Shown here piece after piece: positions 49,734 to 58,063 of a DNA stretch of 64,000 nt. This stretch comes from a virus. Made by a program: the position numbers and the translations under genes. Below the pieces are notes generated by a model, which saw nothing but the letters and a program-made list of their open reading frames with translations, ran no database searches and was not told the origin of the DNA. The first letter of the stretch is position 1; each line of letters starts with the position of its first letter. The DNA lies in the IMG/VR virus record IMGVR_UViG_3300007609_000013, positions 1-64,000 of that record. The stretch is one strand, 5' to 3'.

Positions 49734-49997
49734 ATGGAAGACCATGGCAAGATTCAACAAACCAAAGACGCTCTCTACGATCTAGTAGATTTGCACGGCG
49801 CATACAGTGTCGAAACCATCGATCAAATTCTAGAAAATGTCATGCAAGGCAGTGATTTAGAAACTGCCACAGACACACTCACAATGGCAATAAGTTGCTA
49901 TATGTACCATCAGCGAACCGGAACTCAAACAGATCTTGACAAGTCCTTGTTGTTTCTCCGCGAGTTAGAAAACAAAATTTCACAAAACATACATTGA
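49734..49997 (+). CDS. hypothetical protein
   Basis: TAAATA-N5-ATG start. Confidence 0.55.
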   Translation: MEDHGKIQQTKDALYDLVDLHGAYSVETIDQILENVMQGSDLETATDTLTMAISCYMYHQRTGTQTDLDKSLLFLRELENKISQNIH

Positions 49998-50001
49998 CCG
50001 G

Positions 50002-50029
50002 TTGACCTTTGCTGCACATGTGCTATACT
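50002..50029 (+). promoter_or_regulatory. early promoter TTGACC-N16-TATACT
   Basis: Extended TG; GTAGG leader and GAGGA SD. Confidence 0.65.
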
Positions 50030-50062
50030 TAGTTTGTAGGGTAAAGCAAAGAGGAAACAATC

Positions 50063-50422
50063 ATGTCGAATTCAGTAGAAACAATGTTAGTGCAGTCTGC
50101 GCATGAAAAAGCACTTCAAGCTGCTCGTAATACTGCCCAAGCGTTTGCAGACAAACACTTTGGCGGTGGCGACGGTGGTGCTTGTGGGTTTGGCTGGGTT
50201 GAAGTTTACGGTGTCAAAGGCAATACACGTCTTGGCAAAGCATTAAAAGCTGTGGGCTTTGATAAAAGTTACACAGGCAATCTTCAACTTTGGAATGGTC
50301 GTAACGGCTGGTATTTTGGGCAAAGTGTTGATGCCGCAGAAGCTGGTGCACGAGCTTATGCAGATGTATTCAAGTCGGAACTTGGACTTGAAAAAGTGTA
50401 TCCAGGTTCACGGTTAGACTAG
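50063..50422 (+). CDS. phage early protein
   Basis: ACGFGWV...QS.D..EAGA.AYA...SRLD. Confidence 0.75.
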   Translation: MSNSVETMLVQSAHEKALQAARNTAQAFADKHFGGGDGGACGFGWVEVYGVKGNTRLGKALKAVGFDKSYTGNLQLWNGRNGWYFGQSVDAAEAGARAYADVFKSELGLEKVYPGSRLD

Positions 50423-50430
50423 GATTTGTT

Positions 50431-50640
50431 ATGTTTCAATTGGGTGATCAAATAGTGTTTGACCAAAACGGTAAACAGGTGCAAGGAATGGTGCTTCGCA
50501 CTATCAGTTGGGAAGATGATGAAATATTCTATCTTGTACAATTGCCCAACGGTGACAGAGTGAGCATTCCTGTAAACGAACAAACTAAACCAGCAGGGGA
50601 CGACAATGTCTGCTATCCAGGCAGTGACTGCCAAGTCTAA
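50431..50640 (+). CDS. hypothetical protein
   Basis: SH3-like; AGGA SD. Confidence 0.5.
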   Translation: MFQLGDQIVFDQNGKQVQGMVLRTISWEDDEIFYLVQLPNGDRVSIPVNEQTKPAGDDNVCYPGSDCQV

Positions 50641-50794
50641 ACTAGACGAAGTGATCTATGAAAATTTTGTTAAATATCACGTGGAAAATCGTGTGTTTAG
50701 CTATCGCGAGTATCGCAATATGGTTCTACAAGATCCAGACCACGTGAAAGATCTTGAGCGCACTATTGCCAAAGGAAAACTAGAAAATGTTTGA
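50606..50794 (+). CDS. hypothetical protein
   Basis: Overlapping 62-aa ORF. Confidence 0.45.
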   Translation: MSAIQAVTAKSKLDEVIYENFVKYHVENRVFSYREYRNMVLQDPDHVKDLERTIAKGKLENV

Positions 50795-50946
50795 ATTGTA
50801 TGCACTATTTTTTGTTATTCTTGCAGCCAACACATACTTTGTGTATCGCAGTGCTTTCACTCAAGGTTATGTAGCAGGAGTGCTGGACGCAGATCAAGTG
50901 CAAGAAGAAATTGAAAAAGTTTTTGCAAAAAATTTGCAAAAAGAAC

Positions 50947-50974
50947 TTGACAAAGACAGCTAATCTGTTACTAT
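50947..50974 (+). promoter_or_regulatory. early promoter TTGACA-N16-TACTAT
   Basis: Extended TG; GTAGGTTA leader and GAGGA SD. Confidence 0.65.
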
Positions 50975-51007
50975 ATGTGTGTAGGTTAACAAAGAGGAAC
51001 ACACAAA

Positions 51008-51802
51008 ATGGGCAAAGTCACAGCACTGCCAGTTTGCGATGAAACTCGCAAAAAAGAAATTGCCGAGCGTTTTGACATTTTACACGAAATGACTCGTGCA
51101 ACCATTGAAGGCAACATTCGTGCAATGATCGTAACGGGTCCGCCGGGTGTAGGTAAAAGTTTTGGTATTACCGAAGAGCTTGAAAAAATGAATTTGTTTC
51201 GAGACATTGGCGGACAAAAAGCTCGATACCAAGTGGTAAAAGGTGCAATGACAGCACTAGGACTTTATTGCAAGCTGTATGAGTTTGCAGACAAAGGCAA
51301 TATTCTAGTGTTTGATGATTGCGACAGTATTTTGCAAGACGAGCTGAGTCTAAATATTCTAAAAGCGGCACTGGACAGCGGCAAAAAGCGTAGAATTTTT
51401 TGGAACACAGACAGTCGTAAACTGGACAATGACGGTATTCCTAACAGTTTCGACTTTCACGGCAGTGTGATATTTGTAACAAACATCAAGTTTGAAAATA
51501 TCCGCAGTAAAAAAATGCGAGATCATTTGGAAGCACTGGAATCTCGTTGTCACTATTTGGATCTAACACTGGATACACAGCGAGACAAGTTTTTGAGAAT
51601 TGAGCAAATTGCAGAAACAGGCGCTTTATTTAGAGATTATAAGTTCGATGACGAAGGCGAAGAAGTGCTGGAGTTTATGAAAACAAACAAAGACCGTTTG
51701 CGAGAAATCAGTTTGCGAATGGCAGTGAAAATTGCGGATTTGCGTAAAAGCACACCGCGTTGGAAGGAAACTGCACAGGTCACATGTATGCGTAGAGGGT
51801 GA
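51008..51802 (+). CDS. AAA+ family ATPase
   Basis: GPPGVGKS, LVFDDCD, FVTN, ALESR. Confidence 0.85.
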   Translation: MGKVTALPVCDETRKKEIAERFDILHEMTRATIEGNIRAMIVTGPPGVGKSFGITEELEKMNLFRDIGGQKARYQVVKGAMTALGLYCKLYEFADKGNILVFDDCDSILQDELSLNILKAALDSGKKRRIFWNTDSRKLDNDGIPNSFDFHGSVIFVTNIKFENIRSKKMRDHLEALESRCHYLDLTLDTQRDKFLRIEQIAETGALFRDYKFDDEGEEVLEFMKTNKDRLREISLRMAVKIADLRKSTPRWKETAQVTCMRRG

Positions 51803-51892
51803 CACTAGTGGTTAGAGGGGAAACACCAGTTGAAACTGCCCCGACTTGCTCCTCTAACCTAACCTACACCCTCAACTAGAGTCGGGCGTTTC

Positions 51893-51920
51893 ACAGGGCA
51901 CCTTCGGGTGCCCTGTTCTT
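51893..51920 (+). terminator. intrinsic terminator with UUCG tetraloop
   Basis: acagggcacc-ttcg-ggtgccctgt-tctt. Confidence 0.8.
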
Positions 51921-51932
51921 ATTGAGTAGAGT

Positions 51933-52937
51933 ATGTACGTAGAAGATTACATAGATTTATTAGCAGGAAAGATTGCTTGCGAGCACTGCAACAACTATGA
52001 TATTGTAAAACTTGCAAAATACGATTATAGCCCTGTGAGAAATATTTCTCGAATTGTAGAATCTGACAGAGGACTGTCAGATCGCCAACGAGAACTTGCA
52101 ATAAAAATTGTGCATACCTATCGTCGTCAATTTGCCAAACACGGTTACGACTGTGAGCACGTTGTTGAAAATCCCAAATGGAGAAGTCCACTAAGAACAG
52201 TTGATAGAACCAAGCTGGTTTGTATCAAGGACCACAGGTTGACAGTTAAATTTCCATTTGAACCCACAATGGTAGACCATTTTAGAAATCTACAGAGATA
52301 TAGTTCAGAAAAATATCCTTGGATAGGCGAAATTGAGTGGAACAAAACTGAAAAACACTGGACTTTTTGTTTGACAGAACACAATATGCTGGGAATTTAC
52401 AACCTAACAAAAAATAAAAATTTTGAATATTGTAATAATTTTAACACTATCATAACTAAAATTTTAAAGGTCAAAAAAAGCAAAAACGCTTACCAAATAA
52501 TCTGTGACATTGTGGATGGAAAAATCAAAATACACAATGCCAGTGAAAGTCTGCAACAGTCATTTGATGCACAAGTCACAGGAGACTTGTTGCTGGATAT
52601 CGGGCTTGCCAAACGCTTAGGAGTAAACAAGTATAGTTTGTCTGTGTTAAGATATCTCCGCAAGAAAAATCCTTTGCTGGTAAAACTGGTGGCAAAAAGA
52701 GTTCTGTGGTTTAAAAAATCCAGTTCGTTGCATGAAATAAGTGCACTGGCAGACGATATAGGACTGTTGCCCATGGGGAATCACACACACTATGATCCTC
52801 CAAAATCTGTTTTTTTCAAAGAAACAATCTACGGATTGAAATCAAAATATCTTGAACAAAGGGTATCACTTGTGTTATACTGTACTCAATATGCGCCATG
52901 GGGTATTGAAGACGCATATTACTTGGAAGGTTATTAA
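51933..52937 (+). CDS. hypothetical protein
   Basis: LSDRQ..LA.KI...Y.RQ, P.WR.P.R.VD; coupled to the helicase gene. Confidence 0.65.
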   Translation: MYVEDYIDLLAGKIACEHCNNYDIVKLAKYDYSPVRNISRIVESDRGLSDRQRELAIKIVHTYRRQFAKHGYDCEHVVENPKWRSPLRTVDRTKLVCIKDHRLTVKFPFEPTMVDHFRNLQRYSSEKYPWIGEIEWNKTEKHWTFCLTEHNMLGIYNLTKNKNFEYCNNFNTIITKILKVKKSKNAYQIICDIVDGKIKIHNASESLQQSFDAQVTGDLLLDIGLAKRLGVNKYSLSVLRYLRKKNPLLVKLVAKRVLWFKKSSSLHEISALADDIGLLPMGNHTHYDPPKSVFFKETIYGLKSKYLEQRVSLVLYCTQYAPWGIEDAYYLEGY

Positions 52938-53962
52938 TGGCTACGGCAAAAATTATTGTCAAAGACGAAGTAAACTGTAAGATCGAAGGTCTCGATCTCA
53001 TGGATCGCAAAAAACTTGTGCAGAAGTTCAAGTATGAAGTTCCATATGCAAGACATTTGCCTGCTGTAAAGTTGGGTAGGTGGGACGGAAAAATAGCATT
53101 TTTTCAAATGGGCGGAAGCACATACATCAATCTATTGCCGGATATTTTGCCTTACTTGGACCAAGCTGGATATGATATTGAGCTAGAAGATTACAGAGAA
53201 TACAAAACAGATTTTGAGTTTGAAAAAATCACCGAGCACAGTTACAATGATAGAGTATGGCCGCCAAAGCATCCAGCAGAAGGCCAGCCTATTACACTGA
53301 GAGACTATCAAGTGGATGTGGTTAATAAATTTTTGCAAAATCCACAGAGTCTACAGGAAGTGTCAACAGGTGCCGGAAAAACCATTATGACTGCTGTGCT
53401 CAGCGACCAGTGCGAAAAGTATGGCAGAACAATTGTGATTGTGCCCAACAAGGATCTTGTGAGCCAAACAGAAGCTGATTACAAAAACATGGGACTGGAC
53501 GTTGGAGTGTTCTATGGAAGCAAAAAAGAGTTTGGCAAAACACACACAATCTGCACATGGCAAAGTTTAAACAGTTTGCTTAAAAAGACCAAAAACCAAG
53601 AAGCTCCTATCACAATTGGAGAGTTCTTAGAGGACGTGGTAGCAGTCATAGTGGATGAATGTTTTGATGGAGATACTCTTATTACTACGACTCGAGGCAA
53701 AACGCCTATTAAAAATTTGAAAGTAGGCGATAAAATAATAAATCTCTGCGAAAAAACAAAACAATATAAAGAAGATACCGTTGCCAAAGTTCATAAAAAT
53801 CTAACACACAGCGAAAGTGAAAAGATGTTAGAATTGGAATTTGACAACGGTATAAAAACTCAAGTCACTGCTAATCACAAATTTCTAACAAACAAAGGAT
53901 GGATTAGAGCAGACGAATTAACAGATAATTTAGAAATTATTGACATAAATACATACGGCTAA
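52937..53962 (+). CDS. uvsW: UvsW-like SF2 helicase N-extein (241 aa) + split intein IntN (100 aa)
   Basis: LRDYQ, TGAGKT, TWQS and VIVDE, followed by CFDGDT (block A) ... TANHKF (block B), then a stop. Confidence 0.92.
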   Translation: MATAKIIVKDEVNCKIEGLDLMDRKKLVQKFKYEVPYARHLPAVKLGRWDGKIAFFQMGGSTYINLLPDILPYLDQAGYDIELEDYREYKTDFEFEKITEHSYNDRVWPPKHPAEGQPITLRDYQVDVVNKFLQNPQSLQEVSTGAGKTIMTAVLSDQCEKYGRTIVIVPNKDLVSQTEADYKNMGLDVGVFYGSKKEFGKTHTICTWQSLNSLLKKTKNQEAPITIGEFLEDVVAVIVDECFDGDTLITTTRGKTPIKNLKVGDKIINLCEKTKQYKEDTVAKVHKNLTHSESEKMLELEFDNGIKTQVTANHKFLTNKGWIRADELTDNLEIIDINTYG

Positions 53963-53978
53963 AGGAGATGTATTTATG
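53944..53978 (+). promoter_or_regulatory. late promoter motif plus 11-bp hairpin covering the endonuclease start codon
   Basis: cataaatacat (53944-53954) / atgtatttatg (53968-53978); AAGGAG in the loop. Confidence 0.75.
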
Positions 53979-54884
53979 GCAAAGCAGTTCGATACGGAAC
54001 GATTTAATAGAATTTTGAGAGAACACAACCAACAACTTCGCGCAGAAAAAATAACTGGTAAGCAAGTTGTTTTATCAAATGGGCTTGTTTTAGATTTGAA
54101 AAAAGAAGTTGATCGTTGTAAAAAAAGAGTTTTGTCAGGACACGATATTTGGAAAAATAATTTCGATCAATTATATTCACTTGATCAACACAAAAGAATT
54201 TCTACAGAAGCAGAATGTAAAAGTTTAATATCAAAAATTGGAGGTATAAACTGTCAAAGAAAGCATGGCGAAAAAGTAAAGTTCAATTTGAATACCGGTA
54301 TTCCGTGGAATAAAGGAACCAAAGGAAATTACCCTTATTCTCATCAACATTCTAAACAGACCAAGGAAAAAATAAGTAATGCCAATCTTGGACAAAAAAA
54401 CGGAATGTTTGGCAAGAAACTCTCTGCAGAACAAAAAGCAGAAAAAAGTAAAAAAATGAAAGAATTAATTTTGTCAGGTAAATTTACTCCTAACTCCAAC
54501 AACAGAAACACTCATTGGGAATCTTTTTATAATAACAAAAAATATAGAAGTTCTTGGGAAGCATTGTATCAGTATTTGGACAATCAGGCAGAATACGAAA
54601 CGCTCAGAATTCCTTATATTTTTGACAATCAAAATTATGTTTACATTGTAGATTTTGTAAACCATGAAACTAAAACAGTAGTTGAAGTAAAACCACAAGA
54701 ACTTATTAATGACAAAAAAACACAGGCAAAAATATCTGCCGCAAAAAAATGGTGCAACGATAACGGATACGTATTTGTGTTAGCAGATAAGAATTATTTT
54801 ATTTCTCGTCCAATACCTAAGGATTTAACAGGGTTTGATATTAAAACTCAAAATAAAATTAGGAAAATTTATGAAATTGGTTAA
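53976..54884 (+). CDS. putative free-standing homing endonuclease (NUMOD3 repeats + TnsA/gp4-like PD-(D/E)XK domain)
   Basis: PWNKG, HSKQTKEKIS, GMFGKKLS; YRSSWE...IPY...YIVDF...VEVKP...K..AAK.WC. Confidence 0.85.
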   Translation: MAKQFDTERFNRILREHNQQLRAEKITGKQVVLSNGLVLDLKKEVDRCKKRVLSGHDIWKNNFDQLYSLDQHKRISTEAECKSLISKIGGINCQRKHGEKVKFNLNTGIPWNKGTKGNYPYSHQHSKQTKEKISNANLGQKNGMFGKKLSAEQKAEKSKKMKELILSGKFTPNSNNRNTHWESFYNNKKYRSSWEALYQYLDNQAEYETLRIPYIFDNQNYVYIVDFVNHETKTVVEVKPQELINDKKTQAKISAAKKWCNDNGYVFVLADKNYFISRPIPKDLTGFDIKTQNKIRKIYEIG

Positions 54885-55713
54885 CAAAAAAGAAATTGAA
54901 AAACCACAAGAAACATATAATTTGCACATAGAACAGGATCATAATTACATTGCAAATGATGCTGTAGTATCAAATTGCCACCAAGCCAAAGCAGATGCTC
55001 TAAAAACACTGCTCACAGGTGTGATGTCGCACATACCCATTAGATGGGGACTCACTGGCACAGTACCAAAGGAAGACTTTGAATTTGTGGGCATTAAAGT
55101 TTCTCTTGGAGATGTGATCAATCGTGTTGCAGCCAGCGATCTGCAAAGCAAAGGCGTGCTGGCAAACTGTCATGTTAATATTGTGCAAATGATTGATCAT
55201 GCCGAGTATCGCGATTATCAAAGTGAACAAAAATACTTGCTCACAGATGATGCCAGATTGGACTACATCAGCACACTTGTACAGGAAGTGAGAAACACAG
55301 GCAATACACTTATATTGGTAGACAGAATCAGCTCGGGCCAGGCACTGGTAGATAAAATACCAGGCGCGGTGTTTATATCTGGCGAAGTAAAAAGCGAACA
55401 ACGCAAAGAACACTATGATGAAATTGCAGACACACAGGACAAAGTGATTGTTGCCACATACGGAGTCGCTGCTGTTGGCATTAATATACCTCGCATCTTT
55501 AATCTTGTGCTTATTGAACCAGGCAAGAGTTTTGTTCGAGTGATTCAAAGCATAGGCAGAGGCGTAAGAAAAGCCAAGGACAAAGACTTTGTACAGATAT
55601 GGGATATCACCAGTACTTGCAAGTTTGCCAAGCGACATTTGACCAAACGAAAACAGTTTTACAAAGAAGCGAACTATCCATTTGCAATTGAAAAGGTAGA
55701 TTGGAAACTATGA
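54871..55713 (+). CDS. uvsW: split intein IntC (35 aa) + UvsW-like helicase C-extein (245 aa)
   Basis: MKLVNKKEI...TYNLHIEQDHNYIANDAVVSN|CHQAK; GLTGT, ATYG....GINI, QSIGRG.R. Confidence 0.92.
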   Translation: MKLVNKKEIEKPQETYNLHIEQDHNYIANDAVVSNCHQAKADALKTLLTGVMSHIPIRWGLTGTVPKEDFEFVGIKVSLGDVINRVAASDLQSKGVLANCHVNIVQMIDHAEYRDYQSEQKYLLTDDARLDYISTLVQEVRNTGNTLILVDRISSGQALVDKIPGAVFISGEVKSEQRKEHYDEIADTQDKVIVATYGVAAVGINIPRIFNLVLIEPGKSFVRVIQSIGRGVRKAKDKDFVQIWDITSTCKFAKRHLTKRKQFYKEANYPFAIEKVDWKL

Positions 55714-56366
55714 CGAAACCAACATTGTTAATTTCTGGGGATAGCTATATGGCTCTTCATAAAGACGGAATAGGCACACCAGAAAGTGTAGAGAAAGATA
55801 ATCAAATTCATTGGTCTAGACATTTAGATCCTTATTTTGAAATCCAAAATGTAGCAAAGGCAGGAAGTTCAAACACTTCAATTGTGTATAGGCTGGTAGA
55901 GGCAATTAAAAAACAAAAACCAGACTACATTCTAATAGGATTCACTGATTATGCTAGACTAGAGTACAATAAATATGAGACTAATTGTCATCCTAGCATA
56001 CAGAAAGATAAATCTGCATACAATGCCTGGAAACAGTATATCAAATATGCAGACGATGATTACATGCGATATAAAAGTATGGCGATTATCGAATATGCGG
56101 TTACCTTAGCAAGATCAATTGCTCCAACATGTTTTGCTCTTAACCTGTTAAACCCATCGGACAGCGACTGGTCATTTTACAACAAACACCAGTTTATGAT
56201 TAATTTTGAGAAAGAATCTTTGCCGGTGAATTTAAGTGATTATCCAGAAATTAGTTTAAACGACCCTAATTGGAAAAGTTTTCATGTGGTCGACCCAAAG
56301 GTTCACGAAAAATTTGCTGAAACTATCCTAGACGAATTCAACATTTGCAAATCAGACAAGGTATAA
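55710..56366 (+). CDS. SGNH-like hydrolase #7
   Basis: ISGDSY, NVA.AGSSN, FHV.D...H..FA. Confidence 0.7.
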   Translation: MTKPTLLISGDSYMALHKDGIGTPESVEKDNQIHWSRHLDPYFEIQNVAKAGSSNTSIVYRLVEAIKKQKPDYILIGFTDYARLEYNKYETNCHPSIQKDKSAYNAWKQYIKYADDDYMRYKSMAIIEYAVTLARSIAPTCFALNLLNPSDSDWSFYNKHQFMINFEKESLPVNLSDYPEISLNDPNWKSFHVVDPKVHEKFAETILDEFNICKSDKV

Positions 56367-56370
56367 CAAA

Positions 56371-56871
56371 ATGAAAATATTAACACTTGAACATGGCATT
56401 TATGAATTAGATCAGATACCCGACGAAGTAGATGATCTAAGATTTGCTATCCTAGACAACAGCAATCCAAAAGAACCCGACTACTATTTTGTGCCTATGA
56501 TATTTTTAGAATCATTTAGTGCACCTGCTTTGGTATTGCAAATTGGCAACAAACAAGTTAAAATGCCAGTTGACTGGAAAATTGTTATCGGCGAAGAGGA
56601 TCACGGAGACCTAGAAGTTATGCCGTTGACCAGTATCAATGACAGAGATTTCAAAGCATTTGAATTCAATCCGTTGGGTGCATATTCTCCTACATACTTG
56701 CCAATTGATCTGATTGATGTTTACACTGAAGTGAAGTGGTATTTTCCCAAACTAAAAAGCGGACAAATTTTGTGTGTGCCACTGACTGATGATGCAAATT
56801 CACCTTGTGTGTATTTTGTAAAAGAAATCACCAAGACCAGCGAAGTTATTGACATCACAAAGGCTTGGTAA
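56371..56871 (+). CDS. hypothetical protein
   Basis: 166-aa ORF in the replication module. Confidence 0.7.
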   Translation: MKILTLEHGIYELDQIPDEVDDLRFAILDNSNPKEPDYYFVPMIFLESFSAPALVLQIGNKQVKMPVDWKIVIGEEDHGDLEVMPLTSINDRDFKAFEFNPLGAYSPTYLPIDLIDVYTEVKWYFPKLKSGQILCVPLTDDANSPCVYFVKEITKTSEVIDITKAW

Positions 56872-57341
56872 TGTCAGATAAGATTCCGTTGAACGCTGTA
56901 CTGCAAGCACTGGACCTCAAAGACAGAGAATTTTTTGATCTATTGTCGGATCAGCAGAAAAAGAGTGTAGCACCTTTTTTGCTCAACAGATATATGAGCA
57001 GTGTGCAAGGAGCAACTGAGCTGCAAGAATACTACCTGCTGGCAGAAAATCAACGTGTGAACACAAACTTTTTTGACTACAGCAAACACCCTAAACTACA
57101 ATGGTTGTTGTTGACCACAGTGAGTCCCGGGCTGGGTTCGCACAGACATGATTGGATTGCTCCCAAACGCAAAAGCAAAGACCCGAATGCAAAAAAACTA
57201 AAGTTTTTCGAAACAGTATATCCTGGCATGGAGGACACTGATCTACAACTGCTAGCAGAACTGCACACCAAAGATGAAATTGAATCTATTGCACAAGATC
57301 TCGGATGGGATAAAAAAGAGATAAAAAGTATTTTCAAATGA
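56871..57341 (+). CDS. clamp-loader small subunit-like protein (gp62-like)
   Basis: PFLLNRYMS...N...KHP.LQ...WI pattern. Confidence 0.55.
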   Translation: MSDKIPLNAVLQALDLKDREFFDLLSDQQKKSVAPFLLNRYMSSVQGATELQEYYLLAENQRVNTNFFDYSKHPKLQWLLLTTVSPGLGSHRHDWIAPKRKSKDPNAKKLKFFETVYPGMEDTDLQLLAELHTKDEIESIAQDLGWDKKEIKSIFK

Positions 57342-58063
57342 TTCCAACAAATGTTTTACAACAGGCTCGTGAGTTGAACAAAAGTCAAACCAAAGACTAT
57401 GAATGCAAGTATTGCAGCAAGAAATTTGCCAAAGAGTCCACACTGTTGTCGCACATGTGCGAGAAAAAAAGACGCTGGCTACAAGAAAAAGAAATTGGTG
57501 TGCAATTGGCTCTGCAAGCGTTTGTGCGCTTTTATGAATTAACCAGCACCGGTGCTACTAAGACCTACGCAGACTTTGTACAAAGCCCGTACTACAACGC
57601 TTTTGTAAAGTTTGGTCGTTATGCCCATCATTTGAGAGCAGTGAATTATCGGCATTTTGTTGACTATCTTTTGAAGAAGCAGATCAAGCTGGATCATTGG
57701 TGTAGAGATCAGCATTACGAAGACTATCTGCAGGATTACCTAAGAAAAGAACATGTGCAGGATGCACTAGAACGCAGTATCAAAACAATGACAGAGTGGT
57801 CCGAAGAAACAGGTGCTGAGTTTAATCATTATTTTTTGTATGCCAGCAGCAATCGAGTGGTGCGCGACATAACCAATGGCAGAATCAGTCCTTGGTGTGT
57901 GTACAACACCAACAGCGGCATTGACTTTTTGGACAAATGCACAGCGGAGCAGATCAACCTTATGTTTTCCATCATAGATCCTGACTTCTGGCAAAAACAC
58001 TTTGCCAAGCATTTGGATGATGTAGATTTTGTAAAAGCTGTGCTCAAGGAAGCAGGCATATGA
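57338..58063 (+). CDS. C2H2-like zinc-finger replication-module protein
   Basis: C.YC.K.F..E.TL..H.C; G.ISPW. Confidence 0.65.
   Translation: MIPTNVLQQARELNKSQTKDYECKYCSKKFAKESTLLSHMCEKKRRWLQEKEIGVQLALQAFVRFYELTSTGATKTYADFVQSPYYNAFVKFGRYAHHLRAVNYRHFVDYLLKKQIKLDHWCRDQHYEDYLQDYLRKEHVQDALERSIKTMTEWSEETGAEFNHYFLYASSNRVVRDITNGRISPWCVYNTNSGIDFLDKCTAEQINLMFSIIDPDFWQKHFAKHLDDVDFVKAVLKEAGI

Larger units (their letters stand above)
53660..54975 (+). mobile_element. fractured intein locus: IntN - free-standing endonuclease - IntC
   Basis: IntN 53660-53959, IntC 54871-54975; visibly AT-richer than the flanks; inserted at DE|CH. Confidence 0.9.

Noticed and set aside
53660-54975. Group I intron or helicase pseudogene
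   Set aside because: Intein blocks A/B and F/G are in frame with the exteins, IntC has its own ATG, and there is no non-coding space for an intron core.
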